Of a stretch of DNA of 51,841 bases, positions 25,255-34,693 are shown in pieces. Both the position numbers and the translations under genes were made by a program. Below the pieces are notes generated by a model, which saw nothing but the letters and a program-made list of their open reading frames with translations, was not told the DNA's origin and did not search any database. Source of the stretch: Candidatus Eiseniibacteriota bacterium (GTDB lineage: Bacteria; Eisenbacteria; RBG-16-71-46); contig DAIUEO010000005.1 of the NCBI GenBank assembly GCA_036845125.1, forward strand, positions 1 to 51,841. Direction: 5' to 3'. Positions within the stretch are counted from its first letter, which is position 1. Each line of letters starts with the position of its first letter.

Positions 25255-26904
25255 ATGATCCGCGAGCCGCAAGGAGCGAAGAAGGCGAGGACCGCGTCCC
25301 CGGCGGCTCCACCGGCGCCCGCCGGGTTTCAGTTCACGCCGATCATGGCCGCCGCCCTGCTGATCTGCGGCGGAGTCTGGATCGCATTCCGCGTCTACAC
25401 CGGAATCGTCCTCGAAGACGCGCTCATCACCTACCGGCACGCCGAGAACCTCGCCCTCGGCCGCGGCTTCGGGTTCAATCCGGGCGAGCCGGTCTTCGGC
25501 ACGACCTCACCGCTGATGACCCTGTGCCTGGCGCTCGTCGCGAAGCTGGCCGGCGTCCAGAACATCCCGCTCGTCTCGAACGTGCTCGCCATCGCCGCCG
25601 CGTTGGGAACCGGAATCCTGATCGGACGCCTGATCGTGCGCGCGGGCGGAACTCCGCTCTTTGCAGCGCTGGTGATCCTCCTGTCGGGCCTGAACGCCGA
25701 GATCGTCTGGAGCGTCGTCGGCGGACTGGAGACTCCGCTCGTCATCTTCTTCATGGCTCTCGGTCTCGACGGCGCCCAGCGCGAGCGCTGGTATCAGACC
25801 GCGGTTGCCTCGAGCCTGCTCCTGCTCACGCGGATCGACGGGGCCGTCTGGGTGGTTCTGCTGCTCGTCGTGGCGGCGTATCGGATGAAGCTCCGGGTGT
25901 GGAAGCCGATCGCCCTCGGGCTTGCGGTCCTCGCCCCGTGGCTGGTCTACGCCGCCATGACTTTCGGGAGCATCGTCCCCCACAGCGTGATTGCGAAGCG
26001 TGCGATCGGACTCGGTGCGGGAAGCGTCCAGTACCTGCCGTGGATCATGAACTCGCTGGGCGTTGCCTTCATCGGCGACCTCACCCCGTTCGAGTTTCCG
26101 ATCTGGCTGATGTTCGTGGTGGCGGGAATGGTCGCATTGCTCACGACGCGCGAGCTCCGCAGGTGGATCCCGCTCGCCGTGTTCCCGGTCGCGTTCGGCG
26201 CCGCGCTGTGGATCGGACAGGCTCCGCCTTTCGAGTGGTACACGGTGCCGGTCACGTGGTGCTGCCTGATCGTGGGCGCTCAAGGGTCACTCGAGTTCCG
26301 CCGCATGCTCGACGCGTATTGCGAGCGCAGAGGCTGGGCTCCGTCGGCAACGCGTGGAGCGTTCGTCGCGGCCTGGCTCGTGGTCGCAATCGGACTCGGC
26401 GTCCGTCTCGCGGGCTCCTTCGAGCATCAGCGGCTCACGCAGGAGAACGAGGACGGAACCCGGCGGCGCGTGGGGGAGTGGATCCGTGACCATTCCCGAC
26501 CGGAAGCCGTGGTGGCGATGGAGGCGATCGGCTACCAGGGGACCTACTCGCGGCGCCGGGTCATCGATCTGGCCGGGATCGTCAGCCCGGAGGTGGTCCG
26601 GCTCCACGCCGAGAGCCGCTCGAACGCCCAGACCCTCGAGCGCGTCCTCGACACCTACCATCCCGACTTCCTGGTGCTGAGGGCCTACGAGTTCGAAACC
26701 AACGGCCACCATCACGGCGGCCCCCTGTTCGAGACGCCGGAGGCCCGCGATCGCTTCGTCGGGCAATATCGGCAGGTATTTTCCCTGACGGCGCCCCATC
26801 CGCAGCTGTGGGGGGACAATGCGAGGATCTCGGTCTTCGCCCGGACCGGCTCGCCCAACATAGCCCTTCCGGACTCCCTTCAGGGCCCGGCGGGACCGGG
26901 TTAG
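25255..26904 (+). CDS. GT-C-like membrane glycosyltransferase (arabinofuranosyl/mannosyl-transferase-like)
   Basis: 549 aa. TM1 is followed by YTGIVLEDALITYRHAENLALGRGFGFNPGEPVFGTTSP. It has about 10 more TM helices and a soluble C-terminal domain. An alternative start is ATG 25345 (MAAALLICGG). Confidence 0.6.
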   Translation: MIREPQGAKKARTASPAAPPAPAGFQFTPIMAAALLICGGVWIAFRVYTGIVLEDALITYRHAENLALGRGFGFNPGEPVFGTTSPLMTLCLALVAKLAGVQNIPLVSNVLAIAAALGTGILIGRLIVRAGGTPLFAALVILLSGLNAEIVWSVVGGLETPLVIFFMALGLDGAQRERWYQTAVASSLLLLTRIDGAVWVVLLLVVAAYRMKLRVWKPIALGLAVLAPWLVYAAMTFGSIVPHSVIAKRAIGLGAGSVQYLPWIMNSLGVAFIGDLTPFEFPIWLMFVVAGMVALLTTRELRRWIPLAVFPVAFGAALWIGQAPPFEWYTVPVTWCCLIVGAQGSLEFRRMLDAYCERRGWAPSATRGAFVAAWLVVAIGLGVRLAGSFEHQRLTQENEDGTRRRVGEWIRDHSRPEAVVAMEAIGYQGTYSRRRVIDLAGIVSPEVVRLHAESRSNAQTLERVLDTYHPDFLVLRAYEFETNGHHHGGPLFETPEARDRFVGQYRQVFSLTAPHPQLWGDNARISVFARTGSPNIALPDSLQGPAGPG

Positions 26905-27009
26905 CGCCGGCCATGGGGCGGCACTCGGGAACCCGGCTGCCGCATTCGCCGTAATCCCCTTGCAGCTTGGCAGTTCGACGTAGCTCCCTCCTTGGGAACT
27001 GGAGGCCGG

Positions 27010-28281
27010 ATGAAGAAGAAACTCTGGTGGATCATTGCAGGCGCGGTGGCGGTCGTCCTGATCGTCGGCATCGTGGCGGCGCGCGGCCGCGGCCAGAAGC
27101 CGATGGCGGTCCAGACGGCCAAGGCGGACCGGCAGAAGATCGTTCAGAAGGTCAGCGCCACCGGAAAGATCCAGCCCAAGACCAAGGTCGAAATCAGCGC
27201 CGACGTGAGCGGAAAGATCGAGAAGCTCGGGGTGGTCGAGGGGCAGTGGGTCGAGAAGGGCACCTTCCTCGTCGGGTTGGCCCGCGAACGCTACGTCGCG
27301 GCAGTCGAGAGTGCGGTCGCCAACGTCAGCGCCGCCGAGGCCAACGCGACCATGGTGAAGGAGAACATGAACCGCGCCCAGGGCGAGTTCGAACGGTCCA
27401 AGTCGCTTCAATCGAACGGCATCGAGACGGCGTCGGCGTTCGAAGCGAAACGGGCCGACTACCTGGTCGAAGCGGCGCGCTACAAGGCCGCGCAGGATCA
27501 GGTCGCCCAGGCGACCGCGGCGCTCAGGCAGGCCCGTGACGACCTGTCGAAGACCACCATCTACGCGCCGATGGCCGGGACGATCAGCGCCCTCAACAAG
27601 GAGCAGGGCGAGATCGCGCTCGGCTCCCAGTTCCAGAAGGACGTCATCCTCGTGATTGGCGACCTCCGGCAGATGGAGGCGCAGGTCAACGTCGACGAGA
27701 ACGACGTTGGCTCGATCGCGATCGGCCAGGAGGCCGAGATCGAGGTCGATGCGCTTCCCGATCGCCCGCTGAAGGGCGTGGTCTCGGAGATCTCGAACAG
27801 CGCGAACACCTCCGGCAGCGGCACCACCGAGCAGAAGACCGAGTTCGCGATCAAGATCAGCATCACCGATCCGCCGAAGGAGCTGCGCCCCGGCATGACG
27901 GCCAGCGCCGACATCATCACCCGGACCGAGGACCAGGCGCTCAGCGTTCCCATCCAGAGCGTGGCGGTGCGGACCATCGATCAGCTCGCGATGAAGGGCG
28001 AGCAGCGCAAGGACGCCGAGAAGCGCTACAAGGCCGACAAGGACGGCTTCGCGGAGATCGTGTTCTGCGTCGAGGGTGGCAAGGCGGTCGCGAAGCAGGT
28101 CAAGACCGGGATCCAGAGCGAGAACCTGATCCAGATCCTCGACGGTCTCAAGGAGGGGGACGAGGTCGTCATCGGAAGCTATCGCGCGATCTCGAAGGAC
28201 CTGGTGAATGGCGCCGTCGTGACGATCAGCAAGGAACCGTTGAAGGAAAAACCCGGCGAGGAGGCGGGGAAGCCCGGATGA
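27010..28281 (+). CDS. efflux periplasmic adaptor subunit (HlyD/MacA family)
   Basis: ORF 26992..28281. ATG 27010 follows GGAGG and gives the membrane anchor MKKKLWWIIAGAVAVVLIV. It has a lipoyl/coiled-coil/beta-barrel layout (KVSATGKIQPKTKVEISADVSGKIEKL...TTIYAPMAGTISALN...AEIEVDALPDRPLKGVV). Confidence 0.85.
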   Translation: MKKKLWWIIAGAVAVVLIVGIVAARGRGQKPMAVQTAKADRQKIVQKVSATGKIQPKTKVEISADVSGKIEKLGVVEGQWVEKGTFLVGLARERYVAAVESAVANVSAAEANATMVKENMNRAQGEFERSKSLQSNGIETASAFEAKRADYLVEAARYKAAQDQVAQATAALRQARDDLSKTTIYAPMAGTISALNKEQGEIALGSQFQKDVILVIGDLRQMEAQVNVDENDVGSIAIGQEAEIEVDALPDRPLKGVVSEISNSANTSGSGTTEQKTEFAIKISITDPPKELRPGMTASADIITRTEDQALSVPIQSVAVRTIDQLAMKGEQRKDAEKRYKADKDGFAEIVFCVEGGKAVAKQVKTGIQSENLIQILDGLKEGDEVVIGSYRAISKDLVNGAVVTISKEPLKEKPGEEAGKPG

Positions 28282-29516
28282 GAGTCCCGGTCGCGCTCCA
28301 GGAGTCGATCGCGATCGCGATCGCCGCTCTGCGCGCGAACAAGGCGCGCGGGGCCCTGACGACCCTCGGCATCGTCATCGGGATCGTGGCGGTCGTGCTC
28401 ACGATGACCGCCGCCAATGGGCTCCAGAACAAATTCCGCGAGAGCTTCTCGGCCCTCGGCAGCGACGTCATCTACGTGTCGCGCATGCCGTGGGTGGTGA
28501 TGAACGACTTCTTCCGCTACCGCAACCGTCCGGGCATCGCGCTGAAGGAGGCGCGCGCGCTCGAGGACCGGTTCCGCGGGCGGGCCATCATCAATCCGAC
28601 GGTGGACGGCCAGCACGACGTGAAGTTCCGGGAGCAGACGATGGAAGGCGTCATCGTCATCGGAACCACCGAGAAGCAGTCCGTCATCTCCACCCAGCTG
28701 CCCTCGACCGGGCGCTTTCTGCTCCCGTTCGACGTCGCCTACAAGCGCGACGTCTGCGTCATCGGCTCCGACATCCAGAAGGGGCTGTTCGGCACCGTCG
28801 ATCCCATCAACAAGAAGATGAAGATCGGGCGCGCCCGGTTCCGGGTGATCGGGGTGATGGAGAAGGAGGGCGGGAGCTTCATGGGCGGCCCCAACTTCGA
28901 CCGCCGGATCTTCGTCCCGATCACCTCCTACGTGAGGGCGTTCAGCAGCGGCCGCGGCCGCGAGGACGTCAACATCGCCGTCAAGGCGCCGCGGCAGGAG
29001 GCGATGCGCGATCTCGAGTACTCGGTCATCGGCGAGATGCGCTCGATCCGCAAGCTGCGCCCGTCCGCGACGGACAACTTCTCGATCAACAAGCTGGACA
29101 CGCTGACCGGAACGTTCAACAACATGATGGGCGTGCTGTTGCTGGTCGGACTGATCGTGACCAGCATCTCGCTGTTCGTGGGCGCGATCGGGGTGATGAA
29201 CATCATGTTCGTCACGGTCACGGAGCGCACGCGCGAGATCGGGATCCGGAAGGCGATCGGCGCCACGCGGCGCAGCATCCTCCTGCAGTTCCTGTGCGAG
29301 TCCTCGGTCATCGGCCTGCTCGGAGGCGTCATTGGAATCACGCTGGCTGTGATCCTGACCGCGGTGATCAATGCGGTGCTGATGCCCGCGGCCGTGTCGT
29401 GGCCGATCGTGGCGATTGCGGTGGGCGTGTCGGCCGGAGTCGGCGTGCTGGCCGGGCTGGCGCCCGCCTGGCGCGGCGCCAAGCTCGATCCGATCGAGGC
29501 GCTCCGCTATGAGTGA
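28278..29516 (+). CDS. MacB-type ABC transporter permease (MacB periplasmic core plus FtsX)
   Basis: 412 aa. N-terminal ALRANKARGALTTLGIVIGIVAVV; C-terminal FtsX block VTERTREIGIRKAIGA...LDPIEALRYE. There is an ATGA overlap with the adaptor gene. Confidence 0.85.
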   Translation: MRVPVALQESIAIAIAALRANKARGALTTLGIVIGIVAVVLTMTAANGLQNKFRESFSALGSDVIYVSRMPWVVMNDFFRYRNRPGIALKEARALEDRFRGRAIINPTVDGQHDVKFREQTMEGVIVIGTTEKQSVISTQLPSTGRFLLPFDVAYKRDVCVIGSDIQKGLFGTVDPINKKMKIGRARFRVIGVMEKEGGSFMGGPNFDRRIFVPITSYVRAFSSGRGREDVNIAVKAPRQEAMRDLEYSVIGEMRSIRKLRPSATDNFSINKLDTLTGTFNNMMGVLLLVGLIVTSISLFVGAIGVMNIMFVTVTERTREIGIRKAIGATRRSILLQFLCESSVIGLLGGVIGITLAVILTAVINAVLMPAAVSWPIVAIAVGVSAGVGVLAGLAPAWRGAKLDPIEALRYE

Positions 29517-30787
29517 CACCCGCCGCGGGAGCGAAGCCCATGTACGTTCCTGACGTCCTGATGATGTCGCTCCAGGCGATCGTGGCCAACAAGCTTCGCT
29601 CGGTGCTCACGCTGGTGGGGATCGTGGCCGGGGTGGCGTCGATCATCGCCGTGATGACCGGGATCGCGGTGATCCAGGGGGCCATGGAGCGCGAGATGAG
29701 CGTCCTCGGAACGCAGACGTTCCAGGTCCAGAAGTGGCCCGCGGGCGGGTTCGGCGGCGAGGCCGCCCGCCGCAAGGCGATGCGGCGCCCGCCACTCACG
29801 CTCGAGAACGCGCAGGCCATCCGCGACCAGGTCCAGGGTGTCGACCTGGTGGGCTCGGAGATCTGGGACTTCGGCTACACCGTCTCGTACAAGGGTCAGT
29901 CGACCAACCCGAACGTCTCGATCTGCGGCGGTACGCCCGAATACCCGCAGAACAACACGCACTATGTCGGCCTCGGCCGCAACATCTCGCAGATGGACGT
30001 GCGCGCCGGGCGCTCCGTCGCGGTCATCGGCCATGCGATCGCCAGGAAGCTGTTCCCGTTCACGGACCCGATCGACCGGGAGATCCGCCTCGACGGACGG
30101 AAGTACCAGGTGGTGGGGGTCTTCGACGAGAAGAAGTCGGCGTTCGGCGGCAACTTCGACAACTACGTCCTGATCCCGGTCTCGACCTACGTGAACGTAT
30201 ACGGCCTCACCGATCGCAACGGCTTCGGGCGCTCGGTCAACATCACGGTGCGCGCCGAGACGCCGGCGCAGGTCGACGAGGCGATGGAGCAGACGCGCCA
30301 GGTGCTGCGGCACGTGCGCGGACTGGGTCCGAAGGACGAGGATAATTTCGAGTTCTTCAACAGTCAGAGCCTGATCACCCAGTTCAACCAGGTGAGCCAG
30401 GGGGTCAAGCTCGGCGCGTTCGTCATCGGCACGATCGCCCTGCTCGTGGCGGGCATCGGCATCATGAACATCATGCTGGTCTCGGTGACCGAGCGGACCC
30501 GCGAGATCGGCATCCGCAAGGCGCTCGGCGCGCCCTCGCGGAGCATCCTGTACCAGTTCCTGTTCGAGGCGGTGGTCCTGTGCAATATCGGCGGCGTGTT
30601 CGGGGTCCTCGCCGGCTTCGGGCTCGGCAACCTCGTCACGGTGTTCACCCACTTCGACGCCGACGTCCCGCTCGAGTGGGCCGTCATCGGCCTGGTCTTC
30701 TGCTCGGCCGTCGGGATCGCGTTCGGGCTCCTGCCGGCATTGCGCGCGGCGCGTCTCGATCCCATCGAGGCCCTGCGCTACGAATAG
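29513..30787 (+). CDS. MacB-type ABC transporter permease (second paralogue)
   Basis: 424 aa with the same architecture (VANKLRSVLTLVGIVAGVASI...VTERTREIGIRKALGA...LDPIEALRYE). GTG 29513 overlaps the upstream stop. ATG 29540 is an alternative start. Confidence 0.85.
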   Translation: MTPAAGAKPMYVPDVLMMSLQAIVANKLRSVLTLVGIVAGVASIIAVMTGIAVIQGAMEREMSVLGTQTFQVQKWPAGGFGGEAARRKAMRRPPLTLENAQAIRDQVQGVDLVGSEIWDFGYTVSYKGQSTNPNVSICGGTPEYPQNNTHYVGLGRNISQMDVRAGRSVAVIGHAIARKLFPFTDPIDREIRLDGRKYQVVGVFDEKKSAFGGNFDNYVLIPVSTYVNVYGLTDRNGFGRSVNITVRAETPAQVDEAMEQTRQVLRHVRGLGPKDEDNFEFFNSQSLITQFNQVSQGVKLGAFVIGTIALLVAGIGIMNIMLVSVTERTREIGIRKALGAPSRSILYQFLFEAVVLCNIGGVFGVLAGFGLGNLVTVFTHFDADVPLEWAVIGLVFCSAVGIAFGLLPALRAARLDPIEALRYE

Positions 30788-30797
30788 CGGTGCGCGA

Positions 30798-33791
30798 TCA
30801 GCCGCCGATCAACACCAGCCGGCGGGTCTGGCGGGCCGCGCCGGCCTCGAAGCGCAACAGGTAGACACCCGGAGCCACGCGGTTCCCCTGCTGGTCACGC
30901 CGGTCCCAGTCGCGCTGGTAGGTGCCGGGCCCGAGTCTTTCGTCGGCCAGGGTTCGCACCTTTCGCCCGGCTGCATCGAAGACTACGAGACGAGCCGTCC
31001 GGTCGGACGAGAGATCGAAGCGAATCGCCATGACGCCGAACGACGGGTTCGGGGTCACCGCATGCAGGGTGGTTCGAGATGGGGCCAGTGCCGAAGTTCC
31101 CGGCTCGACATCGGGATCCTCATCGACGCCGACGAAACCCACCACCGTGAGCACCACGGAGGTGTCGTCGTAGGTGGGCGTCAGCTGGAAGTTGCCCTTC
31201 ACCACCAGGTGGTCGAACGTGCCGGAGCGGGATGCGAAGGACATGATTCGGAACTGGTGGCCGATGACCGGCGTGTAGCCCGGGAGCAAGGTGACTTTCA
31301 GCGTGTCCTTCAGGTTGACGTGACCGGTTACCGCCAGCCGGTCGTGCCGGGTGATCGGTGTCAGACCTCCAATCTCGATCGCGATCGTACCGCCCGGCTC
31401 CTCGGTCAGTGCGCCGTTCACCACGAGCAGCCCGGGCGACGCACCCGGCTCGATCCGACCCTGGTTCGAGAGATAGCCGGGACCGGTCGCCACGGTTCCC
31501 CCTCCTTTGAGCACCCCGCCCGGCGCGATCCCGACAAACGAACCCGCAATCGAGATCGTGTGCCCCGCGGCATCGAGCGTGCCGAACACGAGGAGCTGCG
31601 CCAGAGTTGCCGGCCCGATACTCACATCGCTGCCCAACGAAGTGATCGAGCCGGCAGCGACGGCCACGCCCCCGGTCCAGGAGCCCGGACCGCGCACGGT
31701 CTGCGCACCGGCACGGTTGAAGGTGGAGTTCCCGATCGAGATCGTCCCCGCGTTCACCAGGGAGGTGCCACCGTAGTTCAGACGCGAACTCGAATTCACG
31801 CCGCTGATCACGCCATTCACGGTCAAGCTGCCGTTCGCCTGAAGCGTGGTATTCATGCCCACCCGCAGCTCGGCACCGGACGCCACGGTGGTGGCCGCAT
31901 TCGCACCCAGCGGGATCACCGCGGTCGGGACCTGGGTCGTCCCGGCCGCCAGGAGCAGCGGCGCGTCGAAGCTCCCCGCACCCAGGTGAAGCTCGTTGCC
32001 GAGTCCCTGGAACCGGACCAGGCCCGGTCCCGCCACGCTGCCTGGAACCGCCGTGAAGGGATTGCCGACCAGAAGTTGCGCCTGCTGCAAGGAAAGCGTG
32101 TAAGTACTCAGGAGCAGCGTGCCCTGCACGCTCACCGCGATGAATCCGGCAGCACCTGGGCCCAGGGTGACGTTCCCACCCAACCGTGTCGTCGAACCCG
32201 GCATCACCACGACACTGTTGCCGGTCCACGAACCGGCTCCCGTCACGAACTGCGTCAAGCTGAAATTGAAGCCGAAGGTTGAAACCGAGACCACACCCGC
32301 ATTCTCAATCGAGTAGCTGGCGAAGTTCAGACGGGAGGTCGTGTTCGCGCCGCCCACCACGCCATTCACAACCATGTTCCCATTCACCTGTAGCGTGGTA
32401 TTGGCGCCCACCCGAAGCTCCGCACCGGACGCCACCGTCACCGGCGTCACGCCGGCGGAACCCAGCGCAATCAGTGCGGTCTGGACCTCCGTCACTCCGG
32501 CAGCCACCAGCACCGGCGCCTCCCAGGCTCCCGCACCCAGATGCAGCTGGTTGTTGGGTCCCTGGAAGCGGACCAGACCCGGCCCGTTAACCGCTCCGGG
32601 CACCATGGTGAATGGATTGCCAACCATCATCTGCGCCTGATGGAGAGTGAGGGTGAAGCCGTTGGTGACGAGCGCGCCCTCCAGAGTGACGTTGATGAAC
32701 CCCGTGGCATTGGGCCCCAGGGTGACGTCACCGGTCAGCCTCACGGTTGAGCCCGTCTCGACCCGGACGCTGTTGCCGGTCCACTGACCCGAACCGCTCA
32801 CGAACTGCGGCGGAAACAGATAGTTGAAGCCAAAGGTCGCGATCGAGATGATGCCGGCGTTCACGACTGCAGGGCCGGCACAGTTCAGCCGCGAAGTCGC
32901 ATTCACCCCGCTCACCAGCCCGTTCACGGTCAGGTTGCCCTGCATCTGGAGCGTCGTGTTCGTGCCCACACGCAGCTCCGCCCCGGCGGCGACGGTGGTG
33001 TGGGCGTTCTGAATCATGGGGAACAGCGCGGTGGGAACCTCCAGCACACCGGCCTCCACAAGCGTCGGCACCCCGTAGTATCCCATTCCGAGATGGAGCC
33101 GATTCCCCAGACCCTGGAAGCGAATCAGGCTGCTTCCCTCCACAATTCCCGATACGCCGAGGAACGGATTGCCCACCAGCAGCTCCACCTGGTTCAGATT
33201 CAGCGTGTAACCGTAAACCGAGATCGTGCCCATCACGCCGACGGTTTCAAAGCCAAGGGGACCGGGCCCCAGCGTGACGTCGCTGCCCAGCGCGGTGGTC
33301 GACCCGGTTGCCACCTGAACGTTGTTCCCGGTCCACGAGCCGGACCCGCTCAAGCTCTGTGCACCGGCACGGTTGAAGAAGAACATTGGGACCGAGATCG
33401 TTCCGTCATTCACCAGTGAGGCTCCGGCGAAGTTCAGCCGCGCCGACGTTCCGAGGCCGGTCACTGTCGCGCCCGCATGCAGCTCGATGAACGAGGAGAC
33501 GCCATCCCGGACGGTGAGCGTGACGCCATCCTGGAGGGTCACCGAGGCCGGACCATGGACGATGAGGGACTGGATCTCGGTGTTGCCAGAGATCAGCGGC
33601 AGCGAGCTGCCCATGTCAGTGACCAGGGCCTGGTCTCCCGGTCCGGGAACCGACTGTGGATCCCAGTTCGCGGCAGTGGCCCAGTCGGAGCTGACTCCAC
33701 CCTTCCACGTGTACAACGATGCCGAGGTCGGGTCGGAGTTGAGCAGGACGAACAGCAGGCTGCCACACAGCATCCAGATGCGTGCGGTCAT
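30798..33791 (-). CDS. secreted beta-helical repeat surface protein (autotransporter-associated beta-strand-repeat-like) with a FlgD-Ig/T9SS-type CTD
   Basis: 997 aa with a signal peptide. The N-terminal YTWKGGVSSDWATAANWDP is typical of such repeat proteins. It is Gly/Asn/Thr/Val-rich with internal repeats. The CTD is ...VTPNPSFGVMAIRFDLSSDRTARLVVFDAAGRKVRTL...GVYLLRFEAG....LVLIGG. Confidence 0.7.
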   Translation of the reverse strand: MTARIWMLCGSLLFVLLNSDPTSASLYTWKGGVSSDWATAANWDPQSVPGPGDQALVTDMGSSLPLISGNTEIQSLIVHGPASVTLQDGVTLTVRDGVSSFIELHAGATVTGLGTSARLNFAGASLVNDGTISVPMFFFNRAGAQSLSGSGSWTGNNVQVATGSTTALGSDVTLGPGPLGFETVGVMGTISVYGYTLNLNQVELLVGNPFLGVSGIVEGSSLIRFQGLGNRLHLGMGYYGVPTLVEAGVLEVPTALFPMIQNAHTTVAAGAELRVGTNTTLQMQGNLTVNGLVSGVNATSRLNCAGPAVVNAGIISIATFGFNYLFPPQFVSGSGQWTGNSVRVETGSTVRLTGDVTLGPNATGFINVTLEGALVTNGFTLTLHQAQMMVGNPFTMVPGAVNGPGLVRFQGPNNQLHLGAGAWEAPVLVAAGVTEVQTALIALGSAGVTPVTVASGAELRVGANTTLQVNGNMVVNGVVGGANTTSRLNFASYSIENAGVVSVSTFGFNFSLTQFVTGAGSWTGNSVVVMPGSTTRLGGNVTLGPGAAGFIAVSVQGTLLLSTYTLSLQQAQLLVGNPFTAVPGSVAGPGLVRFQGLGNELHLGAGSFDAPLLLAAGTTQVPTAVIPLGANAATTVASGAELRVGMNTTLQANGSLTVNGVISGVNSSSRLNYGGTSLVNAGTISIGNSTFNRAGAQTVRGPGSWTGGVAVAAGSITSLGSDVSIGPATLAQLLVFGTLDAAGHTISIAGSFVGIAPGGVLKGGGTVATGPGYLSNQGRIEPGASPGLLVVNGALTEEPGGTIAIEIGGLTPITRHDRLAVTGHVNLKDTLKVTLLPGYTPVIGHQFRIMSFASRSGTFDHLVVKGNFQLTPTYDDTSVVLTVVGFVGVDEDPDVEPGTSALAPSRTTLHAVTPNPSFGVMAIRFDLSSDRTARLVVFDAAGRKVRTLADERLGPGTYQRDWDRRDQQGNRVAPGVYLLRFEAGAARQTRRLVLIGG
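31394..33479 (-). repeat. about four tandem copies of a ~185-aa (~555-nt) coding repeat inside the 997-aa gene
   Basis: The anchor string GAELRVG(T/A/M)NTTLQ..G...VNG occurs at residues 270, 456 and 639, giving periods of 186 and 183 aa. Matching blocks are SRLN..., SG.G.WTGN.V, VTLGP, L..AQ..VGNPF and LVRFQG..N.LHLG. The first copy (about residue 105) and the last are more divergent. Boundaries are approximate. Confidence 0.6.
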
Positions 33792-33955
33792 CGTGGGCTC
33801 CCGTCGAGATGGGTTTTCGCGGGGTCGGCTCCCTTCAGCGGATTCCGCGGCTCAATTCTGCGCCCCGCACCAAGGAGAGGCAAGACCCCGGTGTAACTTC
33901 TCCCGCCCTCGCGCATATCTATCTCCGGAGCCGTCACTCGCCACCGGAGACCACC

Positions 33956-34675
33956 ATGACCACCGCCATTGCAGACCCGATCGCCGGCCCGCGCCCGGTC
34001 GCTTCGTACCGCCACACCGCCCTGCTCATCGGCGTGATGCTCGTCATGGCCGGAATGGGCGCGTTCTTCCAGTACCGCGCCGCGAGCTCCGGCGCGACGA
34101 CGCTTCCGCACCCGCAGCGCATGGCGGGTCTCTATCTGTCGCTCATCGCCATGGAATGGGGGCTCGTGCTCTATATCTGGCGGGCGGGACTGCGCCTCGC
34201 CGGCGCCTCGCTCCGCGATCTGATCGGCGGGCGATGGAACTCGCCCCGCGCCGTCGCCACCGACGTGCTGCTCGCCGCTAGTACCTGGGGCGTCTGGACC
34301 GGGCTCTCGTGGTCGATCGATCGCGTGCTCGGCCCCGGCCATGCGGCGTCGGTCAGCTCCATGCTGCCGCACCAGCCGCTCGACATCGCACTCTGGATCG
34401 CGGTTTCCATGAGCGCGGGCTTCGCCGAGGAGCTGGTGTTCCGCGGCTACTTCCAGGCCCAGTTCCACGCGCTCACGAGGAACGCGTCGGTCGCGCTCGC
34501 TCTTCAGGCGATCCTGTTCGGAGTCACGCACGGCTACCAGGGGGTTCGGGCGTGCGTCACCATCACACTGTATGGTCTGCTCATGGGCGCGTTGGCGAAT
34601 GCTCGAGGCAGTCTTCGCCCCGGAATGGTCGCGCACGCGTGGACCGACATCGCGGCAGGGATATTCCGGATCTAG
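33956..34675 (+). CDS. CPBP-family (CAAX-type) intramembrane metalloprotease
   Basis: ORF 33782..34675, with ATG 33956 giving MTTAIADPIA.... Motifs present: GFAEELVFRGYFQ (EExxxR), FGVTHGY and HAWTD. Confidence 0.8.
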   Translation: MTTAIADPIAGPRPVASYRHTALLIGVMLVMAGMGAFFQYRAASSGATTLPHPQRMAGLYLSLIAMEWGLVLYIWRAGLRLAGASLRDLIGGRWNSPRAVATDVLLAASTWGVWTGLSWSIDRVLGPGHAASVSSMLPHQPLDIALWIAVSMSAGFAEELVFRGYFQAQFHALTRNASVALALQAILFGVTHGYQGVRACVTITLYGLLMGALANARGSLRPGMVAHAWTDIAAGIFRI

Positions 34676-34693
34676 GCGCTCCGGGGCGGCCGC

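Noticed and set aside
33880-33925. A possible promoter (TGTAAC-16 nt-CATATC) upstream of the CPBP/ECF operon, and a search for GGAAC...CGT autoregulatory promoters upstream of both ECF sigma genes.
   Set aside because: The matches to sigma70 or ECF consensus are poor, and I found no clear GGAAC-N16-17-CGT motif directly upstream of either sigma gene. Nothing was called here.
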